Counted from the stretch's first letter, positions 1-13,320 are shown. The stretch: DNA of 64,000 nucleotides from Lepidodermella squamata (GCA_047495785.1 JBLDXI010000013.1:3720001-3784000); one strand, 5' to 3'. Notes: generated from the letters alone by a model not told the origin. Translations and numbers: made by a program.

Positions 1-459
1 GCATTTTCCTTAGCCGCAAATCTATTGAATCATTCATTTTGCTTACAAATCACGAAATTGCAGGGAAGCAGGTCCTGGGTCGTCACCAAGCCACTCTTCG
101 GTTTCTCTTCGCATTTCACCCTAAGTATAGTGATATTTTCTCATTGTGAGTACGGTATCAATATAGTTCTTGTCATCATTTGCTTGAAAATCTCTGGAAA
201 GCAACTGAATCCCAATTTTGTTATGAGGAGCAACACATGTTCGGACATTATACTCCCGTTTTGCAGGTCAAAGGTCACACGTGCACACGTGATCAAAACG
301 TGTGATCAAAACACTAAACTTTAAGGTTGTTGCTAGTGTGGTAGTTTCGTCGTTTCGTCATTTCGTCATTTCGTCACCATGAAAAAAAAATTTGATTTTA
401 TTTGTACTTGATCGGTTCTTATGAGTAGACAAAATTCCTTAGTATTTTTGTTCCAAGTG

Positions 460-553
460 GTCCGATTTGGGATCACCACGGTGAAAATTATATTTAAAAT
501 TTTTATAGGCGATTTTTAAATAAAATTTTCACCGCGGTGATCCCAAATCGGAC
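460..553. repeat. Near-perfect inverted repeat (about 40 bp arms, 14 bp spacer), probable foldback/MITE remnant
   Basis: GTCCGATTTGGGATCACCACGGTGAAAATTATATTTAAAA (460-499) is the reverse complement of 514-553 with 2 mismatches. Confidence 0.8.
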
Positions 554-635
554 TTCTATCACTTTGATTAATATCTCACGGTCAAATACCATGGTATTTA
601 TTACCATAAACGAAGTTATTTTTTTCCACTGTCAT

Positions 636-1282
636 TCAAATCGCAGCTTCCACGCCTTGCGATGCTGGGGCTTGTCTGGAACCGCAGCAAGCCATGAAGG
701 CAAGGAAAAACAGAGTCTTAACAATTGTCAGAACTCGACCACCGAATAATATGCAGGCTAAAAAGAGGTGAAGGAGGCTGAAGATGAAATCGATTGTTAA
801 CACTAGCTGAGCTTACCTATAATCCCCATGATATTAGCACATCCGAAGCCATTTGCACAACCGTAAACGTCGTTGAATTCCAGGTTACTACTTGTAGCTA
901 AAGCTGCGACCAGCAAACCGAATGCCGTGATACAGCAGGAGGCGTAAAACAGGTTTATAAGAACTGAAAAAGCAAAAAATGAGCCTTATTCTTCATTCTT
1001 CGAAATCGTGGCATTACTCATACCTGTGACGTAGGGGTTTTCGCATAATTCACGCTTAGTTCGTCGCAAGATTGAGCTGATAGATTCTGCTATCAATTCC
1101 GTCGCACTGTACGCTACTCCAAAGGCAAAGGCGACAAGGAATAGGTCGGGGTTACCTCGGACCAAGAGCTTGCCAGTTAGGCCTAGACCGGCTGCCGTGA
1201 AAGCAAGAAGAACAACACTCCCAGACACACTGAACGAATCTTGGCTACCTCCACGGTGCGGATTGTTGGTAAGATCATCCAT
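636..1282 (-). CDS. Small multi-pass membrane protein, family copy 1 (3 exons)
   Basis: Exon 1 ORF MDDLTNN..FLVAFAFGVAYSATELI; spliced exon 2 YASCCITAFGLLVAAL..GCANGFGCANIMGII; exon 3 ACILFGGRVLTIVKTLFFLAFMACCG..AAI*; GT-AG introns. Confidence 0.75.
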
Positions 1283-3421
1283 GAAACGATGCAGTTATTG
1301 TGTTTTCGTGTATTCGGGAGAAAAACTCTCTAGTTTTCTATTCAAATTAGAACTATTGCACACGAATGAACTGGGAGGTTTCATTTTTTGCCTCATGTGA
1401 GTTTACGAAATATTTCGTCATTCCTTTCTGTTTATACCTCTTACTTCTTAGCACCTAGGCATAAAGACTTTAAATGACAAATCTCTTTATTTTTAGAAAG
1501 GCATCCATTTTCTCTGTATAACTTTGTCATGACGATCAGGTGTACGAATTTTGTTAAATTTTTGAAAAAAATATACGACATAGAGACAAGTAAATCTGTA
1601 AGATGACGGCGAAATTAAATTCCAAGCCACTGAAACGCCAAGCTTTACTTAATCTTTCGCGTTTAATTGTAGTCACCCTAGATATATTTTCTTGGGACTG
1701 GTTTCAATAGTTCTCATCTAGCATCATTATCTGCTTGAAAATCCTTGATTCTTTATTTACCGGTTCTCATGAATATAATCAATTTAGTATTTATTTTCCT
1801 CTTCCATTTCATTCCCAGCTTCCACGCCTCGCGATGTTGGGGCTTGTCTGGAACCGCAGCAAGCCATGAAGGCAAGGAAAACCAGAGTCTTAACAATAGT
1901 CAGAACTCGACCACCGAATCCGATGCAGGCTGCAGAGAAGAATGAATTTGACAATGAAAGCGATAGTTAATTAACCCAACACACCTATAATCCCCATGAT
2001 ATTCGCGCATCCGAAGCCATTTGCACAACCGTAAACTTCGTTGAATTCCACGTCGCTACTTGTAACTAAAGCTGCAACCAGCAAACCAAATGCCGTGATA
2101 CAGCAGGAGACGTATAACACGTTTATAATGACTGGAAAAGCTAACCATGGACCTTGTTCTTCGAAATCGCAGAATTCATACCTATGACGTAGGGCTTTTC
2201 GCATAATTCACGCTTAGTTCGTCGCAAGATTGAGCTGATTGATTCTGCTATCAATTCCGTCGCACTGTACGCTACTCCAAAGGCAAAGGCGACAAGGAAT
2301 AGGTCGGGGTTACCTCGGACCAAGAGCTTGCCAGTTAGGCCTAGACCGGCTGCCGTGAAAGCAAGAAGAACAACACTCCCAGACACACTGAACGAATCTT
2401 GGCTACCTCCACGGTGCGGATTGTTGGTAAGATCATCCATGAAACGATGCAGTTATTGTGTTTTCGTGTATTCGGGAGAAAAACTCTCTAGTTTTCTATT
2501 CAAATTAGAACTATTGCACACGAATGAACTGGGAGGTTTCATTTTTTGCCTCATGTGAGTTTACGAAATATTTCGTCATTCCTTTCTGTTTATACCTCTT
2601 ACTTCTTAGCACCTAGGCATAAAGACTTTAAATGACAAATCTCTTTATTTTTAGAAAGGCATCCATTTTCTCTGTATAACTTTGTCATGACGATCAGGTG
2701 TACGAATTTTGTTAAATTTTTGAAAAAAATATACGACATAGAGACAAGTAAATCTGTAAGATGACGGCGAAATTAAATTCCAAGCCACTGAAACGCCAAG
2801 CTTTACTTAATCTTTCGCGTTTAATTGTAGTCACCCTAGATATATTTTCTTGGGACTGGTTTCAATAGTTCTCATCTAGCATCATTATCTGCTTGAAAAT
2901 CCTTGATTCTTTATTTACCGGTTCTCATGAATATAATCAATTTAGTATTTATTTTCCTCTTCCATTTCATTCCCAGCTTCCACGCCTCGCGATGTTGGGG
3001 CTTGTCTGGAACCGCAGCAAGCCATGAAGGCAAGGAAAACCAGAGTCTTAACAATAGTCAGAACTCGACCACCGAATCCGATGCAGGCTGCAGAGAAGAA
3101 TGAATTTGACAATGAAAGCGATAGTTAATTAACCCAACACACCTATAATCCCCATGATATTCGCGCATCCGAAGCCATTTGCACAACCGTAAACTTCGTT
3201 GAATTCCACGTCGCTACTTGTAACTAAAGCTGCAACCAGCAAACCAAATGCCGTGATACAGCAGGAGACGTATAACACGTTTATAATGACTGGAAAAGCT
3301 AACCATGGACCTTGTTCTTCGAAATCGCAGAATTCATACCTATGACGTAGGGCTTTTCGCATAATTCACGCTTAGTTCGTCGCAAGATTGAGCTGATTGA
3401 TTCTGCTATCAATTCCGTCGC
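1083..3421. repeat. Direct tandem duplication, 1158 bp unit, apparently identical
   Basis: 1083-2263 matches 2241-3421 by eye; identical ORFs are offset by exactly 1158 bp (1170/2328, 1745/2903, 1971/3129). Confidence 0.9.
1784..2440 (-). CDS. Small multi-pass membrane protein, family copy 2 (chimera of copies 1 and 3)
   Basis: Same 3-exon structure; 5' part identical to copy 1, 3' part identical to copy 3. Confidence 0.75.
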
Positions 3422-3598
3422 GCTGTACGCTACTCCAAAAGCAAAGGCGACTAGGAATAGGTCGGGGTCACCTCGGACCAAGAGATTGACAGTTAGGCCT
3501 AGACCAGCTGCAGTGAAAGCAAGAAGGACAACGCTCCCAAACACACTGCACGAATCTTGGCAACATCCTAAGTGCTTATTGTTGCTGAGATCATCCAT
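2942..3598 (-). CDS. Small multi-pass membrane protein, family copy 3
   Basis: ORFs 3299-3598 and 3129-3362 plus a terminal exon ending ..GNEMEEENKY*. Confidence 0.75.
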
Positions 3599-4030
3599 GA
3601 AACGCTGCAGCTATTGTGTTTTCATGCATTCGGGAGAAAAACTCTCAGGTTTTGTACACAACACAGCTATTCCAAAAGAATGCACTGAGGGGTTACATTT
3701 TTTGCCTAATGTGAGTATTTCGTCAGTCCTTTCTATTTACCTCGTATATTTGGCACCTACGGCATAAAAAGACTTTAACTGATAAATCTCTTTCTTTTTT
3801 TATTAAAAAGCAAGAAGGCAAATTTCTCTGTATAACTTTGGCATGATCATAAAAATGACGATCAGGTATACGAATTTTGTTAAATTTTTGAAAAAAATAT
3901 ACGACATTGAAACAAGTAAAGCTGTAAAATGACGGCGAAATTAAATTCCAATCGCTCGATACAAGTGGAGATAATGAAGTTACTTTGAGTATCTATATTA
4001 AAGTCTGTACAATGTTAATATGGCCAAAGT

Positions 4031-4793
4031 TCACGCATTACTGGTCTCGCGACTTTCAGACCTCGGCTGGTGAGTCATTGCTGTTTCTTGCGTAGCTTGC
4101 CGATTGTTGTTACCCGTTTCTTCGTCAGCGGCGGCAGCAGCAGCAGCCGCTCCACCAGCAGCCGCTGCTCCACCAGCGATGCAGCAACAGCAGCAAACGC
4201 CACAACAGAAGAGGCAGGCAAGCTGAACGGCAATCCAAAATACTCGAACGCCATAACTTATACTAGCTACAAACACACGAAAAATAGAACCTTTGAAGTC
4301 CTTAGTTGAAGGTCTTTACCAATAATAGCCATGATATTGGCGCATCCAAATCCATTAGCACAACCGAAGATTTCATGGTTCGGAATATCCGTACTACTTG
4401 CTAGAGCCACGACAAGAAGAGCAAATGCCGTGATACTGCAGGCTGCATAAAGTAGTTGCCTGATTGCTGTGGAGGAATCAAATTTAACATTTGTTTAGCG
4501 ACCTTAAAGGTCAAGTTACCGGTGATCCTTTTCTCCCCAGCTTTCGCGCAAACAGAGGTGACCTTCTGAAGAATGCATCCGATTATGCCAATCAGGACTT
4601 CAAGTCCGCTGTAAGCGACTGCGAACGCGAAAGCTTGAAGGAATTTATCGTAGTCGCCACGGAACTTGAAATTGACGGTCAGTCCGAGGCCAGCGGCGGC
4701 AAATGCCAGGATCCAAATGCTCCCGCCAAATTCGCTGGATTCCTGCTTTGTCCCATACTTGGCTCGATTCTGGTTATCGCTCCCGTCAGCCAT
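4031..4793 (-). CDS. Small multi-pass membrane protein, family copy 4 (Cys/Ala-rich tail)
   Basis: RGDYDKFLQAFAFAVAYSGLE; middle exon with GCANGFGCANIMAII; last exon YGVRVFWIAVQLACLFCCGVCCCCC. Confidence 0.75.
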
Positions 4794-4991
4794 CTTTCAG
4801 CCAGGACCAAGCAATGTTTAAAACCTAAAGATAATGGAAATTTTGATTATAACTGAATCTCATTATTATCATTGGCGAAGTATCGTAGATGAAAGATGAA
4901 AGACCCAAGCCATGAAAGATTGAAGAGACTAGACTCCATTTAAAGCACCAGGAAAATTAGCCAAGACGTGAATTTCTGCGATTCCAATTTC

Positions 4992-5853
4992 CTATTCCAA
5001 CAATTGTCGTTCCTCGTGCAGGACCTTCGCGTTGTCAGTGATTCGATCCATCTCTGAGGATTCAGTAGCACCGGGTTTCGCTCCTTTCTCTGAATTACCG
5101 CCGACCATAGCTTGGCAACAAATGCAGCAAAAGGCGCAGCAAGTTGTGCAGATGAAGCACATGGTGCATACAATGATGAAAACCCGGATGCCATAGCCGA
5201 TTACAGCTACAAAATTAACCACATAGTTTCATTATTGAATGAATCATTAGTCCTAAATTAGACTATAAATCGGATGTAACTTGATATCATGAATCATAAT
5301 TCTTGACTTCGAAAATTGTAAGCGTTGAATTTACCGATAATTGCCATGATGTTAGCGCAGCCTGAACCTCCTATGCAGCCACATGATTCTGCGTAAGGTG
5401 CATCGTTGCCTTTTGACAAAGCTGTAATGAGTAGCGAAAACGCCGTAATGCTACAGGCGGCATACGTTGAGTTCTTAACGCCTTAGTAAAAAATGTAAGC
5501 TATAAATAGAGGCATGTTATATGAAGAAGTTTACTGAGCAAAACATGCTCGCTTGATTCGGCACAAGCATTGGTGACACTCCGCAAGACAACGCCGAGAA
5601 TTAGGATCAAAATCTCGAAGCTGCTGCATGCGATGCTGAAGGCGAAAGAGATGATGAACCATTCGCGATCACCCCGAAAGAAACCATGGGTCGTTAAAAC
5701 GAGTCCAGTTATGCAGAAGGCTAGTAAAAGGAGACATCCACTCAAATCGCCGCTGTCCTGTTTCGAGGCGATTTTCCTCTTGCTATCAGACGGCTTCTCG
5801 TCGTTGTGTTCAAGAGATTCCGAAGTGTCACCATTTTCATCTGGAATATTCAT
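4992..5853 (-). CDS. Small multi-pass membrane protein, family copy 5
   Basis: RGDREWFIISFAFSIACSSFE; middle exon with GCIGGSGCANIMAII; last exon YGIRVFIIVCTMCFICTTCCAFCCICC. Confidence 0.75.
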
Positions 5854-8267
5854 TATAAAGCAGCTGAGCACCTTCGACGTAAGCAAATATTATAGCTGTG
5901 CAATCATATAGGAATCGACGACAGAGTAAGTTTATGAGAATTAAATTTCTCTTTGCCGCGAATTAAGTAATAAACAATAACGAAAAGCCTGCGATATGAA
6001 TTCTGAGTACTCAAAATCAATAGAACGGGCGCTAATCTATCGACTTTTTGCGGAAGTCTGCAGGTATGAAGATTTCCCTTGTGTGGCTCAATAACTGGAA
6101 CATGCTAATCCCGTCACTCGCCAATTGTTGACGTATTATTAGCTTGATCTAAAATTAGAGTTATGACGTGAAGGAGATAATTTTGAGCGGCACCAAGGTA
6201 AACAGCTAAATTATTCCTAATAGTGATGCCCATCTACCTCTAATAAGGGAAAACGATGGTAATGAACCTTTTGTCTCTATCTCGATCTTATGTTTGGAGT
6301 TTGTAAAATTGAAACAATAGCGTAAACAGTAAACAGTAAGCAAAATTTTTGCAGTTGAACGTGACAAGATAATAACATTAAGATGATGGCTCATAGTGCA
6401 AATACTATGCAGCAATAATTTCCACGTTTTTTAGTGGCTGTGCGTTTTAGAAATAATACTACATTATAAAACAGGGGAAAAATACGGTAGTAGGAATATA
6501 GCATAGCGAAATATTCCCATGCCCGTATTAGTTATGCTTAGAGGCGAGGGTAGGTCATACCTAGCATCCATGTGCTCGCCGTATTTACTTGTGCAAAAAA
6601 TACATGGGCCACAAAAATGCATATGCGAGATACATTATACTATGGCGGCATATGCGCTGCTGCGACTGCCGCGTGTCATAAATGATGCATGACATGTGCA
6701 AGGTCGATTTTTCGCGCTTGTTTTTGAGTTGCGCTTAAACCATTATGATAGTGCAACTTATTCGCACGCGAGCAACAAGCGGTATGAGTTTGTTGTGGTG
6801 ACAAATAAGCCTTACCCAGGTGTGCCAGCAAATGATTTGTCTACCGTCATTTATAGATATATACTTTGTGTAATTATGAATAAAAGCACGCAAAAAGCGC
6901 CGATTATTTCGTCAGGAAAATTTTACTGCAAATACACTGCTGAACTGCACCTGAAAATGCTGCCTTTTGTTTATTTGTTTTTGGAATACAAACAAAATTA
7001 CCAATTATCAAATGCCATGTTTTACTATCGACTGGTATAATTCGGCGTCGTTCATAGGTTATACATTTTTGCTAGTGAGGAAATAATTTCATGCAGGCAT
7101 GAAGCCATATTATTGGTCCGTGAGAACATTTTAGCATTTCTTGCTATAGGGTTGAGTTGTTAACGTTAGTTCTGACGCCAATACAGCAATGCCAGCTGAA
7201 CATACTTCAAACTTCATTTGAATACGTCAACATATATGAAATTTACTTGAAAAACATAGAACGCACAGGGTGTTAAAATTCAGCGAAGAAAACCCGCCGA
7301 AAACCCGACGGAAATGGTTTGATAATTTTCGGTATAATACCTGTCCTAGCCCGATATCTTGGAATTGTTTGACAAGGATTGACATTTCCAGGAAAATTAA
7401 AATAGCCTCTGACCATTGTATAATAAATTGCTCGGTTCTTAGACTATATGATTTTACCGAGGTTCGAGCTTCCTCCGGTTGCTTTCCTTATAAGAATCCT
7501 TGAAACATAGTTAAGTTGAAAGAGGACAATTCAGTGCGACATTTCAGCCGATGTGAGCTATCAATATCGATCACTAATAAGCGTTCTCTTGATTTTGTTG
7601 CCCGATGGGCGACACTCTTTCGGGAAAAAATAATATTCTGACAGTGTGTGTCGTGGTAAAGGGCACACAATGCGATTTTCGCCACCAGCACCTGAAACCC
7701 TGCTGAAGATCGACAAGGCTACGAGGCATCATCGCTTCTTACTGAAAAAAATTAAAGCGACGTCAAATGCATAATATTTGACCTAATTGCTGGTGAGCAT
7801 CAGGGCATTTTTTGCCTTAAAACCTAATTTATAGGTCACACATTAAGCTTGACGGCTTAGCCAAGTCGATATAATTATCGATATTTGTGAGAGCGTCAAG
7901 GGTTCGTCTCAACGTGCCGCCATCGCTTTTTTCGACGACTTGACGGAGCAAAAAGAAATTACATACGAGGAAAAAAGAAATCAGTTTGTGAGCTGGCGGG
8001 TGTATGCGATTCGCTGTGTGCGTATGTTTTTCCTCGTATGCGTAAGAAAAAAAAATAGAAACGAGTTTGTGCGAGAACCTTTACCAATGTATTAAGCAAT
8101 TCATAAAACATCGAAAGGTACAGTCAAATGCTCATCCCTACGACGAATTTATTTCCCGGATAATATTTCCAACACCAAGGTAAGGAATTTTATTTTGCAC
8201 GTGAACTACAATTTGCACATGACAACTCTCAATTCAGCAGGATGGTTTCAGCAGGACATCCACAACT

Positions 8268-8611
8268 TTACTTCTTGTTCTTGAAGTAAGAGAACTGACC
8301 ACCGAACGGGTACAGGTGTTCGCAGTGTGTTAGCAGGTTGCAGGCACCTTTCCCCTCCAGGTACTTGACTGCAACGCACGCGTGCTGGGCCTGGCATTTA
8401 GCAACGCAATTAGCGACAGAGTCCTCGATCAGTCCTCCAATGCTGTTCGAAGCGCTAGAGGCGCAGACTTGGTGGTTGAAGGTGAAACCTTTGAATTCGG
8501 CTGAAAATAGCATCAGCTTTGAGAAAGGCGAAAAGAGTTTGCTGAAAATTACATACCGTGAGCAATCGCTACGCCAACCATCATGGCAGCAACAACAATC
8601 TTAAGGAACAT
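8268..8611 (-). CDS. Secreted single PAN/Apple-domain miniprotein, copy 1 (exons 8557-8611, 8268-8500)
   Basis: Signal peptide MFLKIVVAAMMVGVAIAH, 56 nt GT-AG intron in compatible phase, mature part with PAN pattern SVANCVAKCQAQHACVAVKYLEGKGACNLL. Confidence 0.8.
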
Positions 8612-8677
8612 GATAAAATTGTAATTAAAGTTTTGAGAAAAAGGACGAATTGCTTGATCTATGCTTGGTGAAGCTGG

Positions 8678-8685
8678 TTTTATAG
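8678..8685 (-). promoter_or_regulatory. TATA box (CTATAAAA) upstream of the PAN miniprotein gene
   Basis: About 67 nt upstream of the ATG; the same motif and spacing occur in copies 2 and 3. Confidence 0.5.
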
Positions 8686-9049
8686 GGTGGGAAAATACGT
8701 GCAGATGATCCTAACTGTTTTTTTACACCCATACCAAAGTCAACAAGGGAGGTGACGCGGTGGGGGGCGTAGCGGATCTATGAAGCGCGCCCGGTAGAGC
8801 AATATACTGCCATATGGAGTGAAATTCCTTTGACGTAGAGATGATTCAAGAATTAAAAACAACAGCTGAATTGACGAATATTTGCAAAACAATTGAATTC
8901 ATGCGTAGGTGCAAGTTGGTATGATGACGAAATTTAACAGAGTATACATGAACTCCCTATTTTTCTCATTCTCATTTCATATATTCCATCGCTTGAAAAA
9001 TGCTGCTTGATTGTCATTATTTTCACATGTTTGCTGGATTGCAAAAAAC

Positions 9050-9324
9050 CATCGAAAATGATGACTGCAAAAACGATTTCCGCGCAACTGTACGCAACGC
9101 TGAAGGTATTGGGTATTGGCTGATATAAATAATTACCGATCGCCGCGAACCTGATAGTTAATGGCAGTTCCAAGTACAGCTGCGACAAATAAGGCTAACA
9201 GAAACATGTTTGCGCCGACATCGATGACCATACTTCGCTTCCTTTGCTTTTCCTTGGCCTCCTCATCCTGAGGCTGTTGGTTCCCACCTCGCCTAAAGCC
9301 GTCCATGTAGAAGTGTGCTTTCAT
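9050..9324 (-). pseudogene. Truncated pseudogene of the membrane-protein family (paralog of copy 6)
   Basis: Near-identical to exon 1 at 14958-15281 but with an in-frame TAA after RGDR, a small indel, and no downstream exons. Confidence 0.75.
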
Positions 9325-9446
9325 TTCTCCGTTCTTAATCTGTAGGGAATAACCAACCCTTGTCTTTCGCTCTGCCCGTAGCTATTATTGCAAGAAGCCT
9401 AAAAGCAACAGGTGATGGCTAGTAGTGTTTAAAATACTGCGTCACT

Positions 9447-9800
9447 TCAGACAGATTTCAGGCAGATGCTTGATGGCGGTGACATGGCTAGGTGGCGGTT
9501 GTGTTCATCCGAGATGAACGGTGCAGGTCCGGATATTATTCGTGGTGGAGCGATTCTGAGCGGTGTTTCAGACAGATCTGACGTGCTTGGGATACGTTTT
9601 CGCGTTACCAGTGGCGTTGTTGGCGTTGTAGATGTCAATGGCGCTGCGGACGTTGTAGTAGTCGCTGTCGCCGTTGTCGTATCCCAGCGTATCGAGCTCG
9701 ACTGTTTCGAACTACGGAATATGAACCCTCCCGTCGTGAAATTGCGTATTACGCCTTGAAATAAACATATTCAAAGCGACGCCGAATGCTTATGAAAGAA
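9447..9800 (-). pseudogene. Thr-rich coding-like fragment, duplicated at about 12526-12820
   Basis: RNFTTGG..RSSK..TTT..PSTSDL is shared with the 12.5-12.8 kb copy; no clean start and the splice donor is altered. Confidence 0.35.
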
Positions 9801-9965
9801 ACCTCATCAAAACCGGAAAGTACAGCCGATTCATCATATATCGATTTTATTTCCCGAATAAACCTTCCAACACCTAGGCAATGACTCTAATTCCGCTCGG
9901 GAACTACAACTTGCACATGACAACTCTCAATTCAGCAGGATGGTTTCAGCAGGACATCCGCGACT

Positions 9966-10309
9966 TTACTTCTTGTTCTTGAAGTAAGAGAATTGACCAC
10001 CGAACGGGTACAGATGTTCGCAGTGTGTTAGCAGGTTGCAGGCACCTTTCCCCTCCAGGTACTTGACTGCAACACACGCATGCTGGGCCTGGCATTTAGC
10101 AACGCAATTAGCTACAGAGTCCGTGATTAGCCCACCAATGCTGTTCGAAGCGCTAGAGGCGCAGACTTGGTGGTTGAAGGTGAAACCTTTGAATTCGGCT
10201 GAAAAAACCAATAACTTTGAAAAAGGCGACAAGACTTGCTGAAAAATTACAAACCGTGAGCAATCGCTACGCCAACCATCATGGCAGCAACAACAATCTT
10301 AAGGAACAT
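9966..10309 (-). CDS. Secreted PAN/Apple miniprotein, copy 2
   Basis: Same two-exon structure; mature sequence differs from copy 1 by one E/T change. Confidence 0.8.
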
Positions 10310-11519
10310 GATAAAAGTGTAATTGAAGTTTTGAAAAAGGGACGAATTGCTTGATCTATGCTTGGTGAAGCTGGTTTTATAGGGTGGGAAAATACGTTTA
10401 GATGATCCCACTCACTGTTTTTTGTTTTTTTACACCCATACCAAAGTCAACACGCGAGGTGACGCGGTAGAGGGCGTAGCGGATCTCGGAAGCGCGTCCG
10501 TTATTAGAGCAATATATTCTATGAAATTCATGTGACTTGGAGATTATTCAAGAATTAAAAACAACAGCTGAATTGACGAATATTTTAAAGAAAACAATTG
10601 AATTCATGCGTAGGTGCAAGTTATTTTGGCAAGTTGGTTGGTGCTTATATGATTAAAATTAATAGGTGAAGTAATCAGGAGCTTTCAAAATTCGCTTCAA
10701 TTCATGAATATCCAAGTTTTCACAGAATTCCCTCGATGACAGGGAACCTAGGCCGATCAAGGATGGAGTCGCGCAAGGTATACTATCAGTAGCCCCACCC
10801 TTTTCATATTTTTTTAACAGCCTATTCGACACTATCGGTTAACTGGCGATTTAATAAATAGGGAGTTAGCATGCGGTATTTTAATATACGCAACTTAACT
10901 AAACTCTGAAATACACAGGTAATCCGTTTCTCACTTGCCAGAGAAGAAAAAGACATGGGAATCGTTTTCGACGATAACTAGTTGCCCTGGTTGATCGATT
11001 CAAGGTGTCACTTTTGACAAAAAACCATGTCTCGAAAATTTAGGAACAAATTGCACCCAGACCCTCCGCCTGTGCAGCCCACCTGTCCGAATGCCACCGA
11101 AACCCTGCCATCATGCTATTAAAGGTACACCTCTGGTCAAGTAGTATGGACGGGGCAGCGAGGCGAACGTTTCTATGGCCGACAACAGCACATCACGACA
11201 CTACAGCTTGGAAGCCGGCGTACCTCTCGTCATAGAACGGGTAATATCTAGAACTACGAAGGCTGCCATCAGAGCGATTCTGGTTGCCACCGAAGCTGGA
11301 CTCGAGATGAGCGAATATTGGCACCCCTCAGTAAAATAACCATTGACATTATTTGCTCGCACATGATTGAAAATCTTCAAATTCCCAATGATTAATAAAG
11401 GAAAGATCTTAATCAGTTCATAAATATTATTCAGTTTTAATAATATCTTAACGTTGAATATCCAATATCTTGAAGCATCTGCTTTATGGGCATGTTTTTC
11501 ATTGTCAGGCGTCAGGCGT

Positions 11520-12820
11520 AGCAAGTCCTCGTCCCATTCAAAGGCCGATGATCGGTAATATTCTAACTCGCCAGTTTTTATGATATGATTACACGAAAGG
11601 CGGAAAATGTTGCCGCTTTGCGAATGTTTTATGCTGAAAATCGATTTTCTGGCGCAGCTGTTGACGCGCCAGAGTGAAGTAGTCGCCGGTTTGTGGAGGA
11701 GTAACGAGCTATATTAAACCGTACAACATCGCTGGCTTGCCGCACCAGCCTTTCGGTCAAATTCGAGAATAATGTTGAATACGGCTTTCCAGCTGATAAC
11801 GGGATCGAGCTAAAGCGTGTTCAGAATCAGCGACGAGACCGGTCTGTTGTAGCCAGTAAGGTTTCGTAACAATATCGCAGAATTCAAAGGGGCAGACGAT
11901 TTTATGGGATGAAATTTGTTTGCAAGCATTGAGACAACTAGTAGGAAATAGGCGGGCGGGCTGGTCTGAGCGATGGATGGCAAACATACCGACGTAGAGG
12001 ATCAGGGGGCAGTTAGAAAGCTGTGGTTATCTAGCAAGCTGATGGAGAGAAAGGTTAAAGTCGCACGAACATGTAGACCAGCTGTTTCTGAGTGCCTTTG
12101 AGCAATGCTTGCGGGAAATGTGGTCGGAAGTGAAAGCGTCTGTGTCAAGCTCGATTTGACGTTTTGATCGAGTAGAGGTGGTCGAAGAAATGCGAGGAGC
12201 GGCGACTTCGGCTACGGCGAACCACAGATAAAAGCAGGAAAACGACATCGACATTTTATTTGCTATTTGCTATTTGCAGGCTTTTCGGGCGTCGTCACGG
12301 TTGATTGATTTTTCTCAGGTGACGAGGCTGGTCGGTTTTGCGGGGCCTCCGACTCCGGTGGTACAAGGCTGGCCAAGTCCATGTCTAACTGGAATGGTGT
12401 CGGTCTTCGGAGGAATCCTGGCGAGGCTGGCAAATGACCGTTATTTTGCATTCGAAATTTGTGTGCTAGCGCACACATTATTATTGGGCTGAATGTTTGA
12501 TGTTGTTGACAAGGATTAGTCGCGGTTATCTTCGTCGGAGGTAGACAGTGCTGAACGGGTGATTATTGGCGGTGAAGCGATTCTGCTTCAGATCTGACGT
12601 GCTTGGGTAAATCTTCGCGGTATCGGTGGGGTTCTTCGCGTTGTAGGCGATGGCGCTGTAGACGATGTAGTAGTCGGTGTCGTAGTTAAAGTTGCCGTTG
12701 TAGTGCCGTTTCGAACTACGAAGCATGTACCCACCCGTCGTGAAATTGCGTGTTACGTCTTACGTCTTAGAAAAAATTAATTGAAAGCAGCGCCAAATGC
12801 TTACCAAAGAAACCTTATCA
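11520..12820 (-). pseudogene. Decayed coding-like region continuing the Thr-rich fragment
   Basis: Elevated GC and several short same-strand ORFs (12526, 12263, 12027, 11757) broken by stops and frameshifts; no recognisable domain. Confidence 0.3.
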
Positions 12821-12973
12821 ATTTTAACACCGGAAAGTACAGTCAATTCACCATATATCGAATTTATTTGCCAAACAATATTTCCAACACCAGGGTAGGG
12901 AATTTTATTTTGCACGTGAACTACAACTTTGCCTTCAATTCAGCAGGATGGTTTCATCAGCATTTTCGCGACT

Positions 12974-13320
12974 CTATTTCTTGTTCTTGAAGTAAGAGAA
13001 CTGACCACCGAACGGGTACAGGTGTTCGCAGTGTGTTAGCAGGTTGCAGGCACCTTTCCCCTCCAGGTACTTGACTGCAACACACGCATGCTGGGCCTGG
13101 CATTTAGCAACGCAATTAGCGACAGAGTCCGTGATTAGCCCACCAATGCTGTTCGAAGCGCTAGAGGCGCAGACTTGGTGGTTGAAGGTGAAACCTTTAA
13201 ATTCGGCTGAAAAACAATAACTTTGAAAAAGGCGAAAAGAGTTTGCTGAATAATAAGAAACATACCGTGAGCAATCGCAACGCCAACCAACATGGCAGCT
13301 ACAACAATCTTAAGGAACAT
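12974..13320 (-). CDS. Secreted PAN/Apple miniprotein, copy 3
   Basis: MFLKIVVAAMLVGVAIAH, intron, then AEFKGFTFNHQVC..SYFKNKK* (TAG at 12974-12976). Confidence 0.8.

Noticed and set aside
1-340. ORF 25-324 and a possible minus-strand exon fragment at the window edge
   Set aside because: No recognisable motif and no consistent gene model can be built from the visible part.
345-377. (TTTCGTCA)x4 short repeat
   Set aside because: Simple tandem repeat without spacers; not CRISPR-like.
5900-8100. Short ORFs (6206, 6696, 7270, 7488) and CAGGGT..ACCCTG ends at about 7266-7702
   Set aside because: Non-ATG starts and no domain signal; TIR match only about 6 bp with no target-site duplication.
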